NCBI GenBank assembly: GCA_900088475.1
Contig: FLMG01000167.1
Coordinates: 1-50,827, forward strand
Source of the DNA: Hyphochytrium catenoides
Taxonomy: Eukaryota; Protista; Hyphochytriomycota
Length of the DNA stretch: 50,827 nt
Reading direction: 5' to 3'
Each line of letters starts with the position of its first letter. Within the stretch, counting starts at the first letter, position 1. Of this stretch, positions 11,127 to 21,565 are shown one piece after another. The position numbers were made by a program, and so were the translations under genes. The notes below the pieces were generated by a model. That model had not been told where the DNA came from. It worked only from the letters and a program-made list of their open reading frames with translations, and did no database searches.

Positions 11127-13044
11127 AAGTATTTATGGGACGGAAGAAGAAGGCACAACAACTGCAACAACGAGAGTGAAGAGCCGATAATCTTCAATCA
11201 TCATTTTCCAAAAGTACCATCCTCTTCTTACCAAAGGATGGGCCATAACGTGGCCAACGACATCTTCCAGGTCATCTACAATAAAAGCTTGTTACGTGCC
11301 ATCACAGACTTCCAGCCTGGAAAGACATTCTCATATTGGATTGACGGAGACAAGGCATTGCGGCTAACTCACCGATCGCTTATACATCTGAAGGACTGTG
11401 CCTGCAGCACGAATTTCTTCTTTAGCAGCAGAGCTATAAGAATCGCGGTCGAGCGAGGGAGTCTGGAGCTCTTGCAGACCGTTCTTGACCAAAGTGGGAA
11501 GAGGAGGTTCGTTGTTGAGCCCTACAAGGAAGATACAGAAGAGGTATTGAAGGATCTGCAGCCTATCACGATACGCTGGAAACTGAGAAAGAAAAGCCCA
11601 AGCATCCGCCGCCACCATGGCATACCCGCCAGTTGTGTTTCTCACGGTGATCATAAGGACGAACAGTTGTACGGGAAGAGTTCAACAGATAAAGGAGATG
11701 ACGACTTTTCGTTAAAGGAGTCGACGATGAGTTTAGCCAACCTTGCAGCCACGCTAGGTCACCTACATGTCCTGAATTGGCTCTGTACGAACACAGACTA
11801 CAGCTTTGATAGAGTGGGGTTATTGGGTGCGGTGAAGTATGGTCACGTGCAAATCGTGCAATGGATGTGGTCTCGATTTGACGGATCCCTAACCGATCAC
11901 AGAAAAGCTCTCCGGTGGGCAGCGGCATACGGATGGGTGGCTCTCTACAAATGGCTTCTCTCTCGTTGGAATCATCATGACGAAAAGTTCACTCTAAACT
12001 TGGCCAGCAATGCGACTAAGGAGACTGTGCATCTCACTTTCCTCAAATGGATGGCGACAACTCACCCAAAGGTTATTGAGCACCAGTCAGAAGTTATCTT
12101 CGAGGAGGCTCTGGCAAGTGGGCATTGGGAAGTGGTCAACTGGATCAATGCGCTTCATCCAGTAGGTGATAACCATATGATAAGCTGCTGCACCCTGAAG
12201 CGTGCGGCCCTGAGTGGACATTTAGACGTTTTGGAATATATAAAGCAGCGTTGGCCGAATGTGGGTGACGTCTGTGAGCTTGCTACAAAGGGACAGCTCA
12301 ATGTCCTTCGATGGGCCTTCATCTCATGTGAGAACTCAACAGTGGGTATCGGAGTAGGAGCCATTTGCAAGGCTGTTTCTAGTGGACACTTGGACATCGT
12401 AAAGTGGATTCTCTCAGAACGGCCTTCTGACTGCAGCTTGCTTCCACGCTGGCTTATTGTTCACGCTGTAATAACTGGTAAACTGGAGATCGTGCAGTAA
12501 CTACTATTCAATCTGTCCGGATGCCGAATATGAGACCAAAAAGGCCATGAAGGGAGCTGCTAAACTAGGATTTGCAGACATCGTTGGATATATCTACGAG
12601 AACTATGTGGAGGTGGATGGGAGGGGTGGCAACAACGGTGAGCCGATATGTGACAGCGACAGACAGACCAAATTGTGGTTAGCTAGAGTTCTGAAAACAG
12701 CGTTGTTACATGGACAGCTAGAAGTTGTCAGATACCTTTACAATAAGGGCTGCGGTGAGCTCAAAGTCAAGGACGTACTAGCCGGGGGAAGAGTTAATGT
12801 GGAGCTATTGCAGTATGTATGGGATCGGGCAGCGGATCGTTGCTACCATGAGGGAGATATCAATTATCTCCTTCGATCGGACTTATGGTCCGTGGCCTTT
12901 TGGTTGCTGTCTCAGCCGTCCAAGTCACGCAATACCTGGATTAAACACCGACTGGCAATTGATAGTAGCATAGCTTCCAGAACTTTCAAAATTGAGATTG
13001 GAGCGTCTACGGATCAAAGGAAGAAAGTACTGCTGGTGACGTGA
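11043..13044 (+). pseudogene. Intronless ankyrin-repeat protein gene with a +1 frameshift at 12498-12500 (pseudogene or assembly error)
   Basis: Repeated AAxxGHLxVLxWL-type ankyrin units: AVERGSLELLQ, AATLGHLHVLNWL, AVKYGHVQIVQWM, ALASGHWEVVNWI, AALSGHLDVLEYI, AVSSGHLDIVKWI, AVITGKLEIVQ. The next frame continues with AAKLGFADIVGYI and ALLHGQLEVVRYL. Removing one A from CAG-TAA-C joins the two ORFs (LEIVQYYYSICPD...). The real start may be ATG 11238, because the ORF from 11043 begins in the GTACAA repeat. Confidence 0.8.
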
Positions 13045-14339
13045 ATTCTGGAATCAAAAGAAGTGGTAGATTCATATGCGATCAGGTAGATGGCAGCCTA
13101 CATGCGATGACAAAGGTTTTGGAAAAGAACGACTGCACCGGACCCTAACCAGCGGATCATGGACATCTTGGGAAGTACGTTTTAAGTTACCCAGTGGGAC
13201 GAGAGACCAGAAGGAAGGTGAAGAGCAGGTCAAAGCAGCAAGCGTTCCGTCGTCCTGCTGCATAATCACCTGTTACTTGATATCTTAGGGTCGGCACCCA
13301 CAAGAAGCCAGGTCTTCACGCATTCTCCAAGTTGCCTCATGATGAAGTGATTGATGACCACGTCTGCTGGGCCCTTGGTTGGTACTCTACTACTCAAAGC
13401 TTCTTCTTCCGCACCACGAGCGACGAGCTTGTTGCTACTACTACCTACGAATAACTACTGCTAGTTATTGTATCGAGCTGAACGAAAGAAGCTGGATGCT
13501 GCATCATCATTAATGATGGCAATCGTCGACTTGACACTGCCAGGATGTCGGGCTCCTCCCACGCTAACCTGGTTCCTGACAATAACTGCAGCAGCAAAGA
13601 GCTGCACAACATACTACAGTCGGCCAGGAGCTGCACCACAGCACGCAGCCGCCGCTGATGATGATAGACCATCCATCATCAACCCCTCTATAATTCAAGT
13701 CACAGACACTACGAAGCCCTCTTCGAAGTTCAACATGCTGATTTCGGCATTGTCGAAAATCGTCCCTCGACAAAGATTTACACCTCCACTCGTACAATTT
13801 ACACATATCTTTTGCGGGGGTTATTCTGAATAGCCTATACTTTGAAGGGATGATTATGGATAGCCAAATGCAGTATGCAGTGATACACTGAACTAATTTT
13901 TAGCATCGAAATTGACAATAAATTACGAAAACTGTGAAGTCAAAATCCGGGATCTGAAATGCGCTTTTCCTGTCTGTGTCGCTTCGTCTAAAGAGCCAGA
14001 AAGCGGGCTCTGCAGTATGAATTCTGGAGATCGATCTCTTACCATCATCGGGATTTCGGTCTCTTTCCAGAGACAGACAGGACACGATGGGCGCTTCACA
14101 TTACTCGAAGCGCAGGTTCTGCCCATTACGTCTGATACACAGCTTCTGCCGATAGGTGCCTGCTTCCTGTGTTTCTGTCTATCTTATGGAGAAAAATTAG
14201 TACGAGCCTTCGAACTAATTGGGGCGGGCTAAATGTGAACGCTTGAGGGTGCTCTACCGACATACCTGGCCCTTCGTAGCTCTCATCCGCCATACCACAT
14301 CTGCGGTACCTCTTTATGCCCTTGATGGCCCACTTTACC

Positions 14340-17300
14340 ATGAGTAGTACAATCGACCTATCGCTGGAGAGATTCTGCGTAAGTCATCAAGCACTTCTGT
14401 GCCCTATACTAGAAAATCGGTCCCCAATGTATAGTCTGCTTCTTTGCACTCTAGCAATGGGCTCTGATACTCAAGCCTGCTATTTATAGGATGAGTACAG
14501 CTCCACCGAGTTTATTGAGGAGCTCACTCGAGGACTCCTTGGCTCCTCCTCGGCCCACGCTCCGATGTCGCCAACGTCGTCCTCTAGTAACCTCCAAACC
14601 TCAAGCTCCACGAAGAGGACGGATGGCAGTCTGCCTCTGGAGGAGCTAAAGAGGCTCTTTGAGGATACTTTGGGTCAATTAGGCGGGCTTCGCGATGAGG
14701 TTCGCTAATCTCTGGCTCCAGTTGCCTTCTCCTATTCTAAACCCCACTCTCTACATAGGTAACGACCAACATTGATTCCCTATCCCAGCAAACAAAAGCA
14801 GCGGATAGAAAGTACCAGCAAGCGCTTCAGCAGCACGATGCCTCTCTTAAGGTAGGAGAAGGGGTAAAGGGACCTAAATGACACTATCTATAGACCTGTC
14901 ATGGGACACTTGCGTTGAGAATGGGTGGAGGAGACGGGTTAGGCGAGGAATTTGGCAAAATAAAGTGTCATTATTTCTTATCGTCTCCATCTCCAGGCCG
15001 TGCTTTCAGAAATCGATCAGCTGGAAGACCGCTTCGGCAGAGTTGGGGCCATTGCGCTTCGAATAGGTAATGATCCACCTTACCGATTGTTCTTTAGCTT
15101 GTCAATACACGTCGTTGGCTGCGTATATTGGGTTTCAAGGCTCGAATACCTTAGAGACATCCATCTACTTTTCTGTCCTCTCCACAACCCTGACCACTAA
15201 GATCTTGCGTCAATTCGTTTTCCCTTGTCGCTCCTCTTATTGTGGCATCTAAACGTTCAATCGTCTTCCTAGGGGATCGTCTTGCAACCATTGACTCTCA
15301 GCGACAACGAGCCATGGACGCGTCTCTTCTCATGCAGCACTTCCAGGACTTCCGGGCTGCCTCAGTAACTGAGACTCCGGAGGACAGCCTCCCATCATTG
15401 TTCAAGGACTCTCGCAGACAATATGAGGTAAGATGGGGAGCACGTTGACACTAGGCAGAGACCATGGACGGCCCGGTGATTTAGCTATAACTAGAGAAGT
15501 CGTTTTAGCCTCACCTTGACTAGGCTTAGCTCTTGTAGATGTCTTGATATTCTCACTTTTATAACCCTCTTCCTCCTGTCTCGATATCACACTCTCTAGG
15601 CGGCAAAGGTCCTCAGCCAGTTGCAGGATGTGGTTGAAGGCATCGGAGTTCCTTCTGTTGGAAAGGTCCTTATAACCTACCTGTCATCCCTAAACGAAAT
15701 ATCTTTGTTCATGACCTTTTCCCTCTTGCATTCCAGCCTCCTCCCAAAAATGATTCTCCTCAGGGTTGTTTCTACATTCGCACCATCCTCGTCTCGTTGC
15801 CCACTGTGTGTTCAACGAGGAAGTCTCCGTCTCCCTCATTACTAACCTCTTACTCACACTGGCAACTAGCGCCGGTGTCTCTCTCTCCTTCCTCCGTCAT
15901 GGAATCTCGACCAACCTCAAATGACTCTCTCTATGTACCTCAGTCGGCAAAGCACATCCAGGCCCTGAGCCAGAAGATTGAAAACAGGCTTCTAGACGAA
16001 TTTTCCCAAGCGCAAGCATTGCCTAATCCCGACATCTTTGCAATGAGAACGTCGGCGGAAGTTTTGCTTGAGAATGCCGCAAAAGACAAGCTATTTAACC
16101 GATATGTGTGGAACATAATGCAGGACAAAGTTGCAAGGTAGACAGGGAAGGTGGGAAAGATAGGGCGGCACAGACAGGTCACAGGTCGATGTTACAACGT
16201 TCATTGCTGAATAGGCAAACGCGGTAGTCGCCTCTCTTTTCTTCTCCTTTCCTGACCCATTCAGCCATCTGACCCCCCGGTAATCTCACTGCTTATCCCT
16301 GGACTGTAAAACCACCTGCTACGCCCACTTGGGACGCATTTCTTGCTAGACCTGCGCAGGTTGTAGAGAAAGGATCGGAGCTGGAATCTCTATTCAACCG
16401 CATTCGAGAGGTCTGCGCAACCGAAGTGGAGATTATCGCAGCAGTCTTCCAGGGTTCCGCCGCGACCTCTCTACTGGAGCTACTGCTCGAACGAATATTC
16501 AGCGACCCAGTTTCTGGTACTGTCTGCTGCATTGCATTACGGTCAAAATGAGTCTTGCGGTGCTGATATCTTATCATCTATACTTCAGTCTTTGCTTATA
16601 AAAGCACTATCTTCCTCTCCGCCTGGGATATCTCTCCTATATGCAGGCATTCAAGCTCAACTGGAGCAGCTCTTGTCCGAACGTGGCGGTGGGCGGACCT
16701 CCTACAAGGAGACTGATGTCCCTCCCACCGAGTATTTACAGCTTCTCTCCTCTGCCTATGAAGAGACCTTCACCCTTGTAGAAGATTTGAATAGCCTCTT
16801 CAAAGAGAAGAACTCTCATGAGGAAGGAGCGTTGACTGGAGGAGAGGGAGGGGGAGCTCTGCCAAGACTTTTTTTGGACCCATCCTTCCTCCCACTCCAG
16901 CTGACAAACCTTTTCGCTTCGTACAAGCGTTTCTACGTCAAGTGGGAGGAGGCCCTACTGCGGGAACGCTGTACGACCCTTTTAAAGCCAGTAGCCGCAC
17001 TCAATAAGAAAGGAGGCAAGCAGAGGACTACACAGCAAGGTAAAAGTGTCAAATCTTAAAGCGGTTATTAAAGCCGCCAAGGACCCTATAGGTCTTTGCA
17101 CTTTCTTGGGGACCCACTGCTTGCTCCGTCTATGGTGTTGTGCGTTGAGATTCGCGACTTCATCTTTTTGTACATGTATCTCATCATCTTGGCCTTAGCG
17201 GAGCTGCCAGCCAGAGGCAAGGGTTAACGTACTCTACTGCGGCTGTTACGATGCTATGATGCTTTACCTAACCTCTCTTGTCTTGGTGGATGCAGTTCTT

Positions 17301-20174
17301 CTGCTCCATGTACACTGACGTGTCATGCCTGTTCTTGTCCTTCATATATTGGGGCGATGCCGACTCTTTCACTAGCATATGTTGCCGATGCCAGCTCTCT
17401 CTCAGCATCCAAAATTCGAATACTGACAACTGTTATCGGAAGCAGGACCTTCTTCTTCATCCACAGAAGTGAAGAAGCTATCTTTTCCAGAGCTCCTTAG
17501 GCTTTGCGAGGGCGGTTCAATAGCGACGAAACTCATTCAATTCTCAAAGGTCAGTTACGCGGGAAGCCATTGAGCGCAGCCTTATTTTCTTGCTTTATGC
17601 GTCCAAGTGCTACACCACGTGTAGAGAGCATCGATGGGATGGTCACTAGCTGCTAACTTTCTTATCAATGGATACGTAGGAAGCCACAGAGCGCTCTCTC
17701 CAGATGTCAATGGGCTCAGATAAAGGGCCCGAATATGCTTCATACCTCTTCTCAAGCCTCTGTTCCTTCTTTGGTGCACAGTTTTTTCAGGTGCAACCAT
17801 AGCCTGCCCGACTCGGCTGTATACGCCCGGCTCTTGTAACCTCGTCTCCTCTTCAGGGCAGTTCATTGCCCGGCTAAACTCTTGTCCCTGAGTCTTCATC
17901 CGCCTTTAGGTTACCTGCCTTTCCGCCATATCAGCTCTGTTTGCGAATCATTCACATTGTATTTTCAGCCACGGGCTGTCCTTATATTCAAGATCTCAGC
18001 ACCTTCTATGGAACTTCTTGTCGTTCGTTTGACCAGAGGCTTCGATGTTGGCATTAACGGAGTCATTTTCTCTGGAACTGTTTTGCAGTTTATATTTGAG
18101 TCGACCAACGACCTGCTCCAGGATGCTTCGGACTCAGGTGCTGCGCCTCCGCCCTGGGAGTTTTACCGGATTATTGAGGTTCGTTGTCTTATAAGGGCGG
18201 TGACGTCTCCACCCTGCCACTGGTGTCCCTACTCTTGCTCATTACTACTGTTGAAGCGATAGGTCTTCTTAAGCTTTCCTATTCCGTGGTTTCCTGTGGG
18301 TCTTTGTCCTCCACTCAAGGCTACTCTCTCCGTCGTGATCTTCTCCATACGTGCACCACTGTCTCATGCGAATGGCCCTTCCTAGATTGGCAAGGATGGA
18401 GTTGCTCTGCTCCAGGAGCATTTCAACACGGTTGTCCGTCCAGCTGTGATGTCCAAGCCCACAGTCTTAACATATCCTAGATACCACTCTCTAAGTTCCT
18501 CTCCATGTATCACAACCTTCTTCTCTTATTAACTGCGCACGTCCCTTCGCTTCCTACCTCCGCACACTATCTAGCGTTTTCCGCTGCAGGTCCAGGTTAC
18601 CATCCTCTGTCCTTTGGGACACAAGTTTGTCCTGTTTCCTTAACTGCCTTCCACTGTGTGCTCAGAATACAAGCGGTCTGTCATAGCTGCACTTGAAAGC
18701 AAAATCATAGATGGTGTTGAGCGTAGTGTGGAACTACTCATCAACCATGTCAAGTACACTCTGAGGTATGACCGGGACACACTACAATATGGAAAGGGAG
18801 GTAGAATGAAAGACATCAGATACTAGGGGCAGGCAGGCAATTTCCACTTCCGGAAACTTCCGTATGCTCCTTTTTTGCCGAGGGCTGTCCCTCACACGTA
18901 TGCAAAAGCTCGACCCAGGGCAAGAATGACTTTCTGCCAAAGGAGGAGTATCAGAGTTTCCAAGCCACAGCGGCGTGTCAGGCAGTCTGCAAGATACTTA
19001 AATCGCAGACAGAGCACATAGCGAAGTGCCTGGTAAGTTGCACTTTCCTTCTGCTATTACCTTCTAGCCCTTTTCCTCTTTAGATGCGATACTTGGGGCT
19101 TGTTTGTCCCCCTTTCCTAGTGTACCATTCTTCCCTTTGTCTTTACGTGAAAGGACTGTGCAGCGCAAAGTGATTACCCTCAGGTTAAGACTCTCTCTTG
19201 CCTTTATCTGCGCACTTCGTATAGGGTGAAAATAACCCTGGGTCCATTTGGAGCATGATAGGGATGCGCTTTCAGCAGGTGCTTATGGAGCACATTCTAA
19301 AGTATCACATCAACATGCAAGGATCGTTCACTCTAATGAGGTGAGCCGGCTGCATTGGCTGCAGTCACCTCGAGATGCAGCCTTGAGGAGTAGTAAAGAA
19401 GCTGAGAACTTAACAGCCATCGCTCTCTACTGCTGTCTCTATTCCCAGGGATATCGATGAATACCGAGCAGTGATGCGGGGTATGGGTTGTGAGGAGGTG
19501 AATGAATCTTTCGATGGCTTGAGAGAGATTGTCAGTATCTACATGGTCAAGCCCGAGAACCTCTACTCCGTTCTGAAGGTGCGCGTCTATCTCTTGACCC
19601 TATTTCGCCCATATCCAGTCTACCTGCCACTCCTAACGCCCAAATGAATATTACTTTGTTGCTCATGAGGCTCTTCCTCTTTTGACTGGGGTATGCTGTT
19701 TCCCTTCTGCTCCCAAGCTTAAGCCTTCCGCCTGCTCGTCATCTCATTCATTTGGGGACAACCTTTGTGTGCAGGAAGGAGCCCTGGCCACAATGGAGCA
19801 CGAAGTGGTTTACGCTTTCGTGAAACGGAGAGCGGACTATAAGCACCATATATCCTCTTCAGCCTTGAGATGTGTCCTAGCCAAACCTTCCTCTAACAGA
19901 GCAACCTACTTTCTCTCCCGGTTACTGTTGGTTCTACCTTCGCTGGCTCCGAGGCCTACATCTCCCTCCTACAACTTTTATAGTTTACGTTCCCTTTAGC
20001 TGTGCCTGTTTCTGGCTTCTTATATCATTGCATGAGAGTATAATTGCCCATGTCCAGCATAGCAGCCCTTAACTCGTATCCTACGGTGTCAAGGCAGCCT
20101 GGGCGAAAACTTTGTTCTCAACTCTTCTTTTGCAGCCTTTGAACATACCGCAGGCAGACGAAGATCAAGAGTAG
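14340..20174 (+). CDS. SEC10: Exocyst complex component Sec10/EXOC5, ~19-20 exons, including two AT-AC introns
   Basis: Spliced product: MSSTIDLSLERFC|DEYSSTEFIEEL..., LEDRFGRVGAIALRIG|DRLATIDSQRQRA, IENRLLDEF, EVEIIAAVF...LLLERIF, YLQLLSSAYEET, QGKNDFLPKE...ATAACQAVC, GMRFQQVLMEHILKYHINMQGSFTLMR|DIDEYR, FDGLREIVSIYMVKPENL, YAFVKRRADYK. These match the Sec10 family pattern. Stop TAG at 20172-20174, assuming the last AT-AC intron is spliced. Confidence 0.88.
18472..18654 (+). other. U12-type (minor spliceosome) AT-AC intron, 183 nt, phase 2
   Basis: 5' end AC|ATATCCTAG; branch site TTCCTTAAC at 18636-18644; 3' end ...CTTCCAC|T at 18654. Splicing restores the frame: VMSKPTVL-T-VCSEYKRSVIAALE. 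Confidence 0.9.
19850..20084 (+). other. U12-type (minor spliceosome) AT-AC intron, 235 nt, phase 0
   Basis: 5' end CAT|ATATCCTCT; branch site CCCTTAAC at 20066-20073; 3' end ...CCTAC|GGT at 20084. Splicing gives RRADYKHH-GVKAAWAKTLFSTLLLQPLNIPQADEDQE*. Confidence 0.8.
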
Positions 20175-21022
20175 CGCGTCTTTCTGCTGGGAAACGACTG
20201 AAAGAACCTACTATGGACGCAGCTCACACTCGCAAGATCCAGAGTACCTGGAGTCCTTATGACTCGACTCATCCATCTTCTCTCTTTAGGGCTGACTCCT
20301 TAGGGCTGAACCTTCTGACCATGGCTTCTGCTACCACTCTCAGGAGCACCCCGTCATGCTCCTGAGTTCCTACTCATTATTAGTCCTTTACTACTAAGCA
20401 ATTTTGGCCCCTTCGCTCGACAATCTCTTTATATTCCTGCGTTGCCTGCGTCGACGCTGCTCGCCGTTGTCAGACACGGATCTTGCCAAGCCGCAACTAG
20501 CTTGTGCTTGGGTCTTTGCATTCTTTCCCAGCTCTCCTTCTGCTGGAAATACGGGGCAGGAAACAGTCCTCTAAAGACCCTACTCGATAGGTTTTTCTGG
20601 ATGGTGGTGGTAGGGATACCCGCTACATTACAAAGGTAGAAAACGTCAGAGGCACAGACGAAGCTGACTTGTCGCCACATTGGCCGAATAGCTCAGTGCC
20701 GATCCTTGCTTGAGAGCATGCGCCGCTGGCCTGAGCTCTGCCATGTGCATGATGATGCCAATAGATAGAGATTGCACTTCATTTCTTCCTAGTTATAATC
20801 AGAAGGCTGTCAAAGATTTTATTGGGAGGAAGATCCACAACCAAAACATTCAGAATCCTTTCACGTAAAACATTCCTTGAAAGAATCATAGACCATAGTT
20901 ATAATGAGTTGAGACCGAAAAGGTGACCAAATTGAAAGGATCACTTGCAATATTTCATTGCCTCTTGAGTTTTGTCTTTTATGGTGGCGGGAAAAGGGGT
21001 GGATCTCTTACTTGGACCTCCC

Positions 21023-21286
21023 AGAGAGAGAGGGAGANNNNNNNNNNNNNNNNNNNNNNNNNNNNNNNNNNNNNNNNNNNNNNNNNNNNNNNNNNNNNNN
21101 NNNNNNNNNNNNNNNNNNNNNNNNNNNNNNNNNNNNNNNNNNNNNNNNNNNNNNNNNNNNNNNNNNNNNNNNNNNNNNNNNNAGAGAGATGGGGAGAGAG
21201 AGAGAGAGAGAGAGAGAAGAAAGAAGGAGAGTGTGCTCAAGAGAGAAAGAGAGAGAGAGTGTGTGAGATAGACGGAAAGAGAGGAA

Positions 21287-21321
<35 letters not shown>

Positions 21322-21465
21322 AGAGCGGACAGAGGCTGACCACTCTACAGGTAATGGAAAGCAGACACTGGATTGCTTCCCTGATGTGGAATCAGATCCC
21401 AGGCCTGGGACAAGAGAGAGAGAGAGAGAGAGAGAGTGAGAGAGAGAAGAGAAGAGAGAAGAGAG
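21023..21465. repeat. (GA)n microsatellite cluster upstream of the dynein gene
   Basis: Multiple GA runs at 21023-21037, 21183-21320 and 21413-21465, around the N-gap at 21038-21182. Confidence 0.95.
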
Positions 21466-21565
21466 ACAGGCGAACTATAAAGGTGGTGAAGGATCAACAG
21501 AGACAGCAAAGCTGGCCTGACAGGTATATTTCTGAGCGTGGCCCGCATCAGTAAGCTCCTAACAC

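Noticed and set aside
18464-18665. GT-AG alternatives or a twintron around the first AT-AC intron (donor GTCTTA at 18464; acceptors at 18574, 18589, 18665)
   Set aside because: The 18464 donor gives stops or frameshifts with these acceptors. The phase-compatible donors (18495, 18507) are weak and insert non-Sec10-like residues.
20300-20760. Short ORFs on both strands after Sec10
   Set aside because: No recognisable domain and no consistent exon chain. The 3' end of a small gene cannot be excluded, but it is unsupported.
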